Notes under the pieces: model-generated | Seen by the model: the letters and a program-made list of their open reading frames with translations, nothing else | What the model was told of the DNA's origin: nothing | Databases searched by the model: none | In this document: positions 26,979 to 39,583 of the stretch, piece by piece | How positions within the stretch are numbered: position 1 is the stretch's first letter | Layout of the letters: every line of letters begins with the position of its first letter | Made by a program: the position numbers and the translations under genes | Assembly (NCBI GenBank): GCA_001938485.1 | Contig: MQRK01232042.1 | Coordinates: 1-53,817 of the forward strand | Length of the DNA: 53,817 bases | DNA from: Girardia tigrina | Lineage: Eukaryota | Direction: 5' to 3'

Positions 26979-28315
26979 TAACTATATTAATTTTTTAAAA
27001 AGTGTTTTATCATTCTTTAAATTTTTACTTTTTTTTCATTTTTCAAAAGCAATAAAATGTAATGGTAAATATATGTTATTTACCCATCAATCAGCCAGGG
27101 ACTTACTTTACCAGTTTTCCAATTAGGACAGACATTTTACAATTCCATAAATATTTTGAGGAGCTTTTTTACGATTTGAAATATGAGTTTTGTTTGTTCC
27201 ACTTGCTGTGTAGCAGAATTATTTAGAGTTTGAATTGTTTTCAGGGACTTTTCGTAGACTTCCAATTCAGAAAACTTACCGATCTCAACTTACAGAAAAA
27301 AATGTTTAATTAACACTGTACATGCTCCAACAAAGAATTCAAAAGACTTGCCAGGGATATATAAATCATTGTATTTCCTTGAGACAAGTGACTCTAGATA
27401 AATCTATTGCTGATTACAATGATGAAATTTAGATTTAATATATTTTAATAGTATTATATAATTCTGAAAAAGTACAACCTCATTATTTTAACTATACTAT
27501 TTTTTTAAAAAGTGTTTTATCATTCATTAGGTTTTTCGTTTTTGTTTTTTTTATTTTTCAAAAGCAATAAAATTTTTTTAGCCATTTAGACATTTTTTAT
27601 TAGGTTTAAAGAATATAATACTTCTTCAAGTGTTAAAAATCTGTTTTATACTTTTAAAAAAGCAAGGAATTCTTTTTAAAAAACATACAACTTTTTGATT
27701 ACTATGCAAGAATGATTACTATGTTCTAAAATTTTCAATGCTTTTACGAGCACTAAAATACCTTTATTATTGTTCCACCCAATCTCCAGAGGGCTCTGAA
27801 GGCTGGACGGTGGTATCAGAAGCGCGAGGGAAAGAATTGTGCTCGGATAATTTAAATTGCTGGTCCTATTTTGTAATAAAATTGTTTAAACAGATCATCT
27901 TCGAAATCAGAATCAAATAAATTTAATTTATTAAATTTATTATCAGCAAATCTTGATTGTAAATCAACCAAAAAAAATTAAAATGTTTTCATCAACAGAA
28001 ATAATTAATCGTTTTCAACAATAAAAATATAAAATACTTTTATCACACAAAATAATAAATGTATCGTTTTTCTACACAAAAATATTAAAATGAATTGATT
28101 TTACTCAAAATGTAATGGTAAATATATATGTTATTTTACCCATCAATCAGCCAGGGACTTAGTTTACCAGTTTTCCATTTAGGACAGACATTTTACAATT
28201 CGGAAAATATTTTGAGAAGCTTTTTTACTATTTGAAATAGGAATTTTGTTTGTTCCACTTACTTTGTAGCAGAGCTATTTACAGCTTGAATTGTTTTCAG
28301 GGACTTTTGGTAGAC
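26979..28315. repeat. Local imperfect direct duplication
   Basis: 26979-27060 recurs at about 27489-27575, and 27054-27260 recurs at about 28107-28315. Confidence 0.85.
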
Positions 28316-29512
28316 AACAAAAACACAAAGGAGTCCTTTTCGACAACAAAAATTAAATTATTTTAGAGAAGATCTGAAAACTTCGTATTTGTCAAATGGT
28401 TTCTACCCGATACAGCGTCGATGATTCACTACCGTGTACGCCAATGCTGAGTATTATTTGTAAAACACGGTTATCCGCCACATTCAGGGAAGGCTTAATA
28501 AAGTTTTAAATTACCAATAGGTTGTATTTTTTTTATTATTAAAAATTTGCAAATAATAATTTTCTTATTTAGAAAATTTATTTTATTGATAATTATATTG
28601 AAGTGAATTATCAGAAACTGAAATTTTATTTTAAAAATATTATTTTTATTTTTTATGATTTTTCAATAGTTTAAAGTTTTTTTTACAATTTTTATAATAT
28701 TATAAATGTTTTTATTTTAATATTTTTTATTCAAATAAAGAATTAAGTTGTAATAATATGAAAATTAAAATTTTAAAATAACTCTATAGAATATAATCTT
28801 TCAAAAGAACGAGTTTTTGATAAAAATTAATCTTTTATAATTTTTATTCAAACGAAAATAAGTACAATAAACATTTTAAAAAAATATAATTGAAAATCTT
28901 GGAATTCAAAAACAAATACTTTCTAAATACCATAAATAATTTATTGTCTATTTTTTAAATAGAATTTTTAATTGTGCTAAAAAAATAATCACGCAACATT
29001 TTTTAGAAGAAATAATTTCTTCTAATAAAATAAAAATTAAGTTTTTTAATATGAAATTATTTTTTTAGATTTATATGGTTAATTTAATTAAATTAATTCA
29101 CAAATGCCAATTGATTTTGACAAAGATAAATGCAAAAGATGAGTGAAATATTTTTTAGAAAGTTTTTAACAAACATTTTTAATCCAATAACGTTATTTTA
29201 GTTTTGCTTTACTCAAGCTTAAAAAATCATTCGTTAGGTGACCTAGGTTTTCTGTATTTCATGAAATACGAGCTCTATAATTTAGAGATTTTGAGGAATA
29301 TTATAAATTTTTTATTTTAAAATTGATATTTGAAAACATGTTTCCACAAGATGGAAAATTGGTATTTTGGATGTTTGCGGAGAGTAATTGCTCAAGCATG
29401 GCTTATATTTCAAATTTAAGCATAAGATTTTTAAAAATTTAAACGATTAAAATGAAATTAAGAGTTTTGTTATAGTAAAAACGTTTATTATTAAAATTAT
29501 TCCCATTTTCAG

Positions 29513-29618
29513 ACTCCCTCTTTCTCCTCTTTCTTCGTCTACGGGCAAATGGCAATCAAAAACTTTGTTTGAATTTATTGTGGCAACTTTATTTTTTATC
29601 TCCTCAACATCAATCTAG
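29513..29618 (+). CDS. Candidate terminal exon encoding a GPI-anchor-like C-terminus
   Basis: Acceptor cccattttcag; phase-2 reading LPLSPLSSSTGKWQSKTLFEFIVATLFFISSTSI*; AATAAA near 29745. No upstream exon identified. Confidence 0.45.
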
Positions 29619-32213
29619 TAGAACAATTGAAATCAGTAGAATGTTTCATGAATAGCATTTGACAAATCAATTATTTTGAACATTAACAATCAAATTGATT
29701 TTTTTATTATTATTATCAATTAAATGTATCAATTCCGAACCCGAAATAAAAGTTAAATTGATTGGTTTTTTAATCATGCCGTTTTTTTAGGATAATTAAA
29801 TGAATATCAATACATATTTATATTTAAATTCATATCTCTATTTATAAATATATAAAGGATCCATTATATGATTATATAAACTCCTGAAATTGTTTAAATC
29901 AATCAATGCAATTATAAATTAGGCGCATAATTTAATTTTGATTTGAAATAAACATTTCTTTGATTTCCGGTTTTTAATGGATAATTCTTACATCGTTAAT
30001 TTTGACATTTCTAGAAGACGAATCGAGTTCGATTTGTTGATAACGAAATTGCTCGGAACACACTTATTTTTTTAATCACAAAACACGAATACACTTAGAT
30101 TTAAATTTTAATTTTTATCATCGAAACAAAAAACATGTTACTAAGTTACGATTAAACCAAACAAATTTCAAAGATTTTTTTAGGGAGCAAAAAGTAAATT
30201 TTTTTAATAATTAAAAAATATTTTTCTCTGAATTTTTTTTAAAATTTTCAATTTCAAGAAATTTTAATTCCTAAATAAAATCAAATTTAAAAGATTTCAT
30301 TGAGAAATCAATTTTTTATTATTCAATTTGGAACAAGTATTATCCTCTATCTTATTTACTATTTGTTTTTATATTTCAAATGTCTTCTTCTCAAAGAAAC
30401 TTCATCGTTTTGTCATACATTGAATGATAATTTACTGATATTTTTATTGCTGATTCTTGCTGCTTCGCCGCTTGTATATAAAAGATAAGATAAATAATAT
30501 AATGAAAATTAAACTAAAAATTAAGAATCAAATACTAAATTAAATATCATCTGAGTTTGTTGCGCCAAAATTTTACCAAGCATACTAGGACCTTCGCAGC
30601 TTAGGAAACCAAGGAAAACTTGATGTAATTAGATCTCTGCAATGTCTTTGTGGGGAATATTTTTGGAGGCTGTGCGTTTCGTACGTCGTTTTCAGTGACT
30701 GATTACTACTTTTAACTTTAATTATCAGAAATTAAAATCAATAATTTTGTCTAGTTTTACTTTTATTTTAACTAAATAATTTTCATTCATATTTTTAAGG
30801 GGAAGAATTTAATAAAATAAGATTAATGATCTACAAATAAACTCTCTGTGCTCTGTAGCTTAGAAAGACATAGTGGATTCATAAAGTTTGTATTTTGAAG
30901 TTTTATGCTTGGCATAGCGAAATCTTATCAGCTTTAATGTATACGAAAACATAAATTTTGAAGCATTGGTTAAAACCAACAATACTTAAATATTTTAATT
31001 TGAAAGGTATCATTCATGAAGATATAAAATTTTCAATCAAGAATGATGGTTTAGAAAGAAAATGAAAATAAGAATTATTATAATAATAATTCTAAATATG
31101 TTGCTTCCAAATGTTTATCTCCAACATCAATATAATTTTAATAGGAATAAATTTGGTTACGTACACGCAAAACATAAACTTCTTCGGTAAGAGCCCTAAC
31201 GGAGCCTAAAGTATATATCTAATGTGAAATGGACAGGGCCTATATGTAAATAGTTAGAATAATTATTTATTGTTTCTATTTCCAAACGTTTCACCAACAA
31301 TTGATAAAGTTATTGAAATTGTAGGATAAAATTATCCTTTTTTGAACAATTTAATACAACTTAATTTATTAACAGAAAAGGTTTTATGACAGCATTTATG
31401 GAATCGAATAGAGTTATATTAACTTAAGAAAACATAATTAATTTTATATTTTAATTTCTAAAATAAAATTAGCAACTACGATCGCAAAGATTTCTTTTCC
31501 AAATATTTTTTCCAATTATGGATTACAAATGATAAAATCTTTTTAATTTTATCAAATATGACAATTAATTGGAACAAAATATTTCTTTTGATATATAATT
31601 TAGGGAAAGGTTTCGTGATTAACGTTGGAAAAATCACTTAGAAAAACCACTTTTTAACTAATAGCTTGAGATCATAAATGGAATACACGTTGCTCTCAGT
31701 CCGTGTATACACTGGTCTTGCAAATTTGTTAAAAGAAATTTATTAAAATTTAAATAAAATCAGTATTTTGTATTTTATTAAATTACATTTTAAACTGTAT
31801 ATATGTGGATAGGTAAGAGGGTTTCTTCGACTACAACTTTTTGAGAACGAATTTCTTGGAAATGTCTCTGTTGGTCGCGTTCATGCCATTGTCATCCTTT
31901 GAAATTTAAGAAATCATATTTAACACAAAAATTTATTTATAAAATTTAAATTATAAATTATAATTTATAATTGTAAAAATTATATAATATTATTATAACA
32001 TTAAATTTTAATTTACAATTATTTCTTAAAAATATTATAAATTTTAACCCGTTTATTATTTATTTGAAAATTTTTATTTTAAAACTTTTATTAATCATTT
32101 TCCTATTAAAATATATTGATTTTAATTACTCTAAACTTTTTTTTGATTTTATAAAATTATTAGGGCTATTTTTTTACTTTAAAAATGTAAAGTAAACAAG
32201 AATCAAATATCGG

Positions 32214-32560
32214 AACAGAAAACCGTGAATGAAATCTTCATGAATGTTTATCAAAATGATGATTCAAACCCGAATCCATCGCCCTAATGGATAACAGAGG
32301 TTCTTCAAGGATGATGATCAAAAGAATCGATTGAAGACGTTTAGAAGACGTGGAACGAACACATTCGAACAGGTGGCGATTGATCGACACCCGAAATCCT
32401 GGAAATCGCAAAGAAAAAGAATAGCGAATTCCAACGTCAGAAAGAGGAAGCCGAGAAGCCTCAGTGGATTTTGGAGTTGAAGAGAAAGAAATCGTTATTG
32501 GTGGACAAATTTCAGAAAGATTTATCGAATATATTTTGTGCTAATGCTGATAGAATGTGG
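32214..32560 (+). pseudogene. Decayed ORF of unknown origin
   Basis: One frame with five stops but protein-like composition and a repeated motif (P*WITEV, PQWILEL). Confidence 0.35.

Positions 32561-32562
<2 letters not shown>

Positions 32563-32612
<50 letters not shown>
32563..32612. repeat. (ATT)n microsatellite
   Basis: About 16 trinucleotide units seen directly. Confidence 0.98.
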
Positions 32613-32614
<2 letters not shown>

Positions 32615-34015
32615 GATTTTCTATTCCTCCATAGAAAACAAATGCATTTATTGATTGTAAATTGTTGATAGTGATTATGATTGACGGTCGAATGATTTGA
32701 TCGATTGTAAATGATGTAGATTGTAGATGTAAAATATAGAATACAATCCAATATTTCAACATTCAGGAAATTACAATTTAGCCAAATAACAGTAACTACA
32801 CATCAATCACAAATAATTAAAACGTTAAAAGAACACCAAAAAGTATGTCGCTGAGGTCCATCTTTGGACGAGTATTCTTAATTTTTCAAAATCTCTACCA
32901 TCCGAGTAACAGGTTAATGGATGTTTTTTGGTGAGTAAAAAGATATGGTTGATGCATTCGATCAAGGTATCTATCGAGGGGTTTTACTATTGTTGTTACT
33001 ATTAAGAGAACTGATTGTCCTTTTTTAAAATTACAATTTGTATCTGAAGTAGTGTAATTATCGAGGTATTTCTGGGGACAAACAAATGATCTTAGATAAC
33101 TATTTTGATTAGAATTGAGTGACAATTAACAATGACAATGAGTACGAGTCGTTCTTGACCACAACTGACTGTCCATAATTGTTCAGATTATAATGACGGA
33201 GAATATCATCGCGGTAATGTAAATGAATATGATAGAATTTCGTAGTATATTGTCGTTACTAATTACACGGTGTTGTGATGACCGAACGACAGTAACAACA
33301 CCATTAAATAAATGAGTACATAAGTATAATTTTAAGTATATTTCGTTTTGAGAAAAAAATGTAATGAATATGTGAATGACAAACAATCTTTGGTAAGTCA
33401 TCAATAATGCTGCAAAAGATTTTGGTAACTGTTTATTTTTTCGTTATTCAAGAATTTTATTATTTATGTTTTTTTGTCAACGAAAATTTGAAGTAATTTT
33501 TTTGAATATTTTAAATAATTAACTCTAAAGTCTTTGCTCATACTTAAAATTAAAGTCGAAGTAATAAGATCCCAGTTTAAAAACAAAATTCGCCGGATAA
33601 AACAAAAGATATGGAAAGACGATTTCAAAGTTCAAATCACTTATATTTGGTTGTTCGTTTGTGTTGCACGATGTTTTGAGTAAACTTTGTTTAATTAATA
33701 AAATGTTACAGTCCCAGATGGTTTTTTTTAATGAAGCGTCTTGAAATTTGAAAGACAAAGATTAATTAAATGATGTCAGGTTCACCGAGTCTTTGTCATC
33801 GATCATAAAAAAGCTCACCTCAAATAGATGATGGTATGACGAACATTTTCCAATAATGTAAGAAAGCTGATATTGAAAAGATGATTTATCTACGATTCAA
33901 AAGAGGAATGAGAGACAGATGAAAAACGACCTTTTAAAGCGATATAGTCACAATGTTACTAAGCAAACGATATCGAAAATGCATATCATTTAGTATCATA
34001 AATCTTAGGATTGTA

Positions 34016-35105
34016 ATACGGAATTTGAGTCTTTTTGCTACATTACTGGAGAAAAAGCTTCAACGCAACTGCTGCAGCCCGAGAAATATGTGAAGTAGAA
34101 GGCGAAAGTACGGTCACTATTCGTGTGTCATAATTGTGTTTCAAGCGTTTCTCAAGTAGTGATGTCAATTTGGAAGACCAACCTCACTCTGGGTGACTAT
34201 CTGTTGTTGATGATGACACTCTACATCAAGCTGTGGAGGAGCAGCCCTGCACCAGCACGCGGAGATTATCAGCAGAGCTTGGTCCTTCAGAACCTACTAT
34301 TCAACTTTATCTTTTTCAACTTGGTCTTGTCAATAGACAGTGTCTACAAATTCCTCACGAACTGACAGTCACTCAAGCACAACATTGACTTCATCTCTGC
34401 AAAGAATTACTTGCTCACCCCATGAAGTGCTCTTATTCAGAAGGATCATGATGGGGGATGAAAAGTGGATATTTTCCGTAATAACAACTAGGAGAATCGG
34501 TAGCTCTACCCTGGTATGCTCACCCAACCAGGGATTAAACAAGGACGCTTCGATTGCAAAGTTATGTTTTGTGTATGGTAGAGTTTCTGGGGGGTGATCC
34601 ACTTCGAGCGTGTTCCGGAGGGACGTACTGTGAATGCTAAACCTCTACACTCAGCAGCTGGACAGAGTCTACGCCTTTCTCTGTAAGCGTTACCCGGTAT
34701 TGGTCAATCGCAACTGAGTTCTTCTACAACAAGACAACGCTCCGGCACACACTGCATATTTGGCTCGTGGTAAAGTGCAAGAGCTGCTGGGTATTGAAGT
34801 TTACCACATCCTGCCTACAGCCCTGACCTTGCCAACAGCAACTGCTACCTCTTTCGGGCAATGGCGCATTTTCTCAAAGGGCGGCAGTTCAATTCAGTAA
34901 AAGAGGTTGAACAAGGGTGCATCGATTTCTTTGCTTCCAAAACGGCAGAGTGGTATACCCGTGGAATCGAGCAACTAACTGAAAGATGGTTGAAGACCAT
35001 CGAAAATAAAGGCCTATATTTCGAAAAATAAATAAGTTCGGTTTACATGCTTTGTTATCTTGAAAATATGAGTGGAAAAATGAAAAAACCTTTGAAGCAC
35101 CGTAG
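34016..35105 (+). mobile_element. Mariner relic related to the 10-kb element
   Basis: LLHYW, MGDEKWI, LQQDNAPAH, HPAYSPDLANSNCYLFR and GLYFEK*; 3' TIR ...tttgaagcaccgtag followed by TA; 5' UTR appears deleted. Confidence 0.9.
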
Positions 35106-35504
35106 TAATGATGTATACATTCTAAAGTTTTAATAACAATGCTTACAAAACGGAACTGACGGTGGCAATTTTTTTTCAGAAAGTAATTCCGGTGAAATCT
35201 GTTGAGTTTTCAAATTTTCTTAGACGCGATGCCGGATGATAACTGTTATCCATCAAATGTCACATAAATGTGACTGATGCTAAAAAAGTGTTCAGAATTT
35301 TAAAATATAATAGCAAAATATGTGCCTCATTTTTCTCCACAAACTTTAACTGATTTTTTCCAAATAAATGTCCTGTTGACTCAGTAAGTTTTGAATAGTA
35401 TTATGATACTGTAGTTGTGAAAGCTAAACATTTTTTATACTTGTGAATAAATTGAAATAAAATTGGCAAGTTATTAAAATCAAAACTTGAAAGCCAATTA
35501 AAAA

Positions 35505-35545
35505 CGTTTATTAATTTCGACGGTTTAACCGTCATCGTCAGAACA
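35505..35545 (-). ncRNA. Minimal type-I hammerhead ribozyme motif
   Basis: ugUU-CUGACGA-U-GACGGU(UAA)ACCGUC-GAAA-UUAA-UA/AACg: conserved core, stem II and a palindromic short stem III. Confidence 0.85.
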
Positions 35546-35616
35546 AATGATTTTTTAAACGAAATTTACTTATATAGTGCAGTTAATGATTATGCAATCA
35601 ATACGTAATCAGTACA

Positions 35617-36256
35617 TCATTTAAAAACTCTCAACAAAGTTGTAGAGAGTGCAGTTTGAACGTTAATTTTAGGATCCAAAGATCTAATATATAACACTTC
35701 ACATGTCACTCTCTCCCAATAATTTTTAAAGTGTTGTGAATTTATATCTCCTTTACATTGTCTTCTATGTTCTGCAATGTTACTTCCACCTTCATTGCGA
35801 CTGTGTTCCTGGATTCTCTTACAGAGATGACGTGAAGTCTCTCCAATGTATGTGGCGTTACACCCATTACATGTATTTTGGTAAATGAGATCCGAACACA
35901 ATCCCAATGGCGTTGGAGATTTATTGCCGAACATGCTTTCAATTTTCTGGGTACGGAATATTACTTTTAAACTTAGTGCATTATCTAAGGCTTTCAAAAT
36001 AGAATTTTTAAATATTTTAAACCCCTCTGAATATGGCACAGTTAACACATAACCAATTCCCAAACTTTTATCATTAGTGTTGCAGGATTACTCTTGATCT
36101 TGAACATCTAAAATTTTAGCATTACTTTTTTTGTCAATTAATTTATCAATAGTTTCCTTTGTTAATTTCTCTACTATCGAATTTGAATATCCGTTATCAT
36201 ATAATAATTTGTTTAATTTATTAAGACTGTCATTACATCCTTTATATGTAGATGAA
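35617..36256 (-). pseudogene. Penelope RT-thumb/linker and GIY-YIG endonuclease fragment
   Basis: LIYQNTCNGCNATYIGETSRHLCKRIQEH...EVLYIRSLDPKIN; upstream LLYDNGYSNSIV in another frame. Confidence 0.92.
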
Positions 36257-36572
36257 AGACTTCACGTCATCTCTGTAAGAGAATCCAGGAACACAGTCGC
36301 AATGAAGGTGGAAGTAACATTGCAGGACATAGAAGACAATTTAAAGGAGATATAAATTCACAACACTTTAAAATTCTGTGCACTCAATTTAAAAATTATT
36401 GGGAGAGAGTGACATGTGAAGTGTTATATATTAGATCTTTGGATCCTAAAATTAACGTTCAAACTGCACTCTCTACAACTTTGTTGAGAGTTTTTAAATG
36501 ATGTACTNNNNNNNNNNNNNNNNCATAATCATTAACTGCACTATATAAGTAAATTTCGTTTGAAAAATCATT

Positions 36573-36613
36573 TGTTCTGACGATGACGGTTAAACCGTCG
36601 AAATTAATAAACG
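36573..36613 (+). ncRNA. Minimal type-I hammerhead ribozyme motif (inverted copy)
   Basis: tgttCTGACGAtGACGGTtaaACCGTCGAAAttaaTAaacg. Confidence 0.85.
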
Positions 36614-37479
36614 TTTTTAATTGGCTTTCAAGTTTTGATTTTTTATACTATGCACTAAATCATCTTCTGCACAAGGATGACATAAAGTTGTCTCGGGATC
36701 ATATTTTTACACTTTTATCTAAAGTTTGTTAATATATCTTATATTTTACTGAATAATCATGGTTTATTCGTGTAACTGTTAAACATATTTATGAACTTTG
36801 GTTAATCAAAACATTTGTAATACCTATGTAATGTTATTTTAGAAACGAGATTTTATTATTATATATTTTTGAAACAATAGCTCATTGATTGTACATTTAA
36901 TTATTTTAATAATTAAAAATATTTTTATGAATCAAAAAACCAATAAATCGAATGATCTTTGAAATATTTAGAATTATCGATTTCAAATAATTTGTTTTGG
37001 AAATTTTAGTTTTAATTATTAAAGATAAATTATGTAAAACAGATAGAAATCAGATACCCAAAAAATGACTTTAATTAAATTTAAATTAAAATCATGCCAA
37101 GTAAAAACAGAAGATCAGAATTTTTAGTCAACCAAAAAAAATCATAAAAATAAAAATATTTGGCTTTAATAAATTTTTTATTAATTCACATTTAATAATT
37201 ATATTTTTATGTCCAATTTTCGTTATTGTTAATTACAAATAAATATAATTAATTAAGTAATTTTATACAAGAAGCTAATACAAGACAACGCATTTCGAGA
37301 AATTATTATTCTCAACAAATCACACGAGCAAAAAATAAAAAATAAATCAATAGTGGTTAATTTCGATTTCATTAACTAAGCACATAGAGCTTATCAACAA
37401 CCAAGCAGAGAAAATTGTTTGTAATCCTCATTGTTCTTGCTTTTAAAGCCCTGAAAGATGTAAGTATAATATTACTGTA

Positions 37480-37900
37480 GTTTTAGGGGATCAGTTGCTT
37501 CGGAAACCTGTGCGAGCCAGTCGGACATACCTCAAAGTAGTGTCACTGGGAAACTATAGTTCGTCTATAGGCTAAAGTGTCTGAGGCTGTGCAGAGTCGT
37601 AGTAACGAATGCCGACTGCGACTTGTATGTTTTATTGGTTTGCAATCCGTTAGTTAAGAGCATCAAACATTCTGGTTGTGAAGGCTGAAAGGAATTGTGA
37701 CCCTGCGGTCGATAGTAGGATGACATCACAAGGATTCTTGATGAATCAATCTTGATGAGCGGTGTTGCAATGAAGTCAGTTAGCCGGCGGAGCAGAAGTA
37801 TGTCAATCCCCAGTTTGGAGGGAGTGCTTTTTGATCATCGTCAGCGTCCCAGGCCATCCGAAAATGTCTATAGGCATAGTACCTTAATGAGAAAAGGAGC
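37480..37900 (-). mobile_element. CR1-like LINE reverse-transcriptase relic
   Basis: GC-richer island; GIDILLLRRLTDFIATPLIKI resembles GIHPRLLRELAxxIAxPL, with degenerate QHGF/CLTN and YxD segments downstream. Confidence 0.6.
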
Positions 37901-38133
37901 GAGATTCACTATATTTTTACAGGATAATAATTAGAAAATGTTAAAAAAACACTTAAATTAAAAAAATCTTTATAAATACAGTGGACTCATTATATATGAA
38001 TTTGAACTTTTAGAACAACCCAAATTTGCGAACAGATAAAAAATAGTGCAGTCCAAAAGTAAAAACTTTCAACCTTATGTTATTAGAATTTACGACCTCC
38101 TCAATTTTATTTACCAATTAACACAAGACCTTC

Positions 38134-38136
<3 letters not shown>

Positions 38137-38181
<45 letters not shown>

Positions 38182-38231
38182 NNNNNNNNNNNNNNNNNNN
38201 NNNNNNNNNNNNNNNNNNNNNNNNNNNNNNN

Positions 38232-38277
<46 letters not shown>
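38137..38277. repeat. (TA)n microsatellite spanning a gap
   Basis: Seen directly. Confidence 0.98.
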
Positions 38278-38283
<6 letters not shown>

Positions 38284-38664
38284 TTAATTCAGGATCAAAT
38301 ATGTACGTGTAATTAACCTTAAAGGTCTGTGGTTGTTAATATTGTATTTGCATTAAAGGTTGATTGATAAACATTATATGAATAAATAATAATATTACGA
38401 TTAATGCAACTATAATTCAATAATTTAATTTTAATTCTCATTGGCCTCATCTAACAATTCCATGACCTCAAGATACTTACAACTAAGGTGAGTAGAGCAT
38501 TTTTATGAGTTTTATTGAAAAATTACCAACTATAAACAATAATCTGTTTTAATTGTAACAAATTAAATCTGTAATTATCATCTAGGACTTTTCGTCTTGG
38601 TGCTACAAATAATCCTCTCCTTGAATAAACTAAAGCTAATCACACTATCTTAATACTAAAAGTT

Positions 38665-39240
38665 TCAAATTTTGATGATTTCGAAATCCTCTAGCAGAAG
38701 CTCCAACTGAATGATTTTTAAATACAATTCAGAATGAGACATACAATTATCAAGAAGAAAACAATTCTTCTTGATTTGAGTTGTCGCTTCATATCGTATT
38801 GTAATAATCATTTCGGAAAATAAATCTGAAATTGTCCATGCAATTTTATTTACACAGAATTGGAAATTCATCCATTTGAAATCCCTTAAAATATTATGGC
38901 TGGACACATTTCTCCACTGCTAACAATTTTCCCCCATCAAAGAATGACTTATTAAGGCAATACGATAGTGTTACACGATCAACTGTTTTCTTCATATCTA
39001 TCAACCATGCTGATTCATCCGGGGATGTTTATCACACAACTTCCGGTTAATTGTCTTATACTTTACTTTACGAGAAGTTCCTGAGTAAATTGTATCATTT
39101 ATTTCTTAGCTTATTTCATCTTTTATTAAATGTGAAATTCAGTATTTATTCAAGCTGACGAATACTGATGTAAGAATGTTCTTCATAATTTTAGCAGGAA
39201 TATCAATTTTCTCAGCTAGAGTAAAGTATTTTTCAGACAT
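38665..39240 (-). mobile_element. pogo/Tigger transposase relic
   Basis: NKIAWTISDLF...FLLDNCMSH (DDE_1-like); a possible matching terminus TA-cagtggactc at about 37979. Confidence 0.7.
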
Positions 39241-39258
39241 TTTGAAAATTATTTTTAA

Positions 39259-39484
39259 CCCCTTAACCGATTATGTCGACTATAGGTGCGCAGTGCGATC
39301 CTGATATTTTGACGGCTAAATGCACAGCATAATGCGATATTGGCACCCATTTCAAACCTAAAATTAGAAATATTTTGAAAGAAAATTTATTTATTCATTA
39401 TGGACATTGATAAATCAATTTTTGTGGTTAAAAAAATAGTCAGACTGTGACCTTTTTTCAGAAAAAAAATCGTAGTTTAAGGGG
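39259..39484. mobile_element. piggyBac-type MITE (226 bp)
   Basis: TTAA|CCCCTTAA...TTAAGGGG|TTAA. Confidence 0.85.
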
Positions 39485-39583
39485 TTAACCTAAGGTATTA
39501 AAATACAGAATGAATGAATTTATCAGTATTATTAATTAATTAATTATTTAATTATTTTTGAATAATTTATATAATGTAATATG

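Larger units (their letters stand above)
35476..36642 (-). mobile_element. 5'-truncated Penelope-like element with inverted 3' duplication
   Basis: GIY-YIG ORF on the minus strand; 35476-35840 is repeated in inverted orientation at 36257-36642. Confidence 0.93.

Noticed and set aside
27811-27824. tggtatcagaagc, resembling a primer-binding site
   Set aside because: Not preceded by an LTR CA end and no gag-pol follows.
32512-32762. Poly-N and poly-I ORFs (also the YI-repeat ORFs at 38046-38316)
   Set aside because: Translations of microsatellites.
36131-36355. 74-aa plus-strand ORF
   Set aside because: Chimeric off-frame reading across the Penelope inversion junction.
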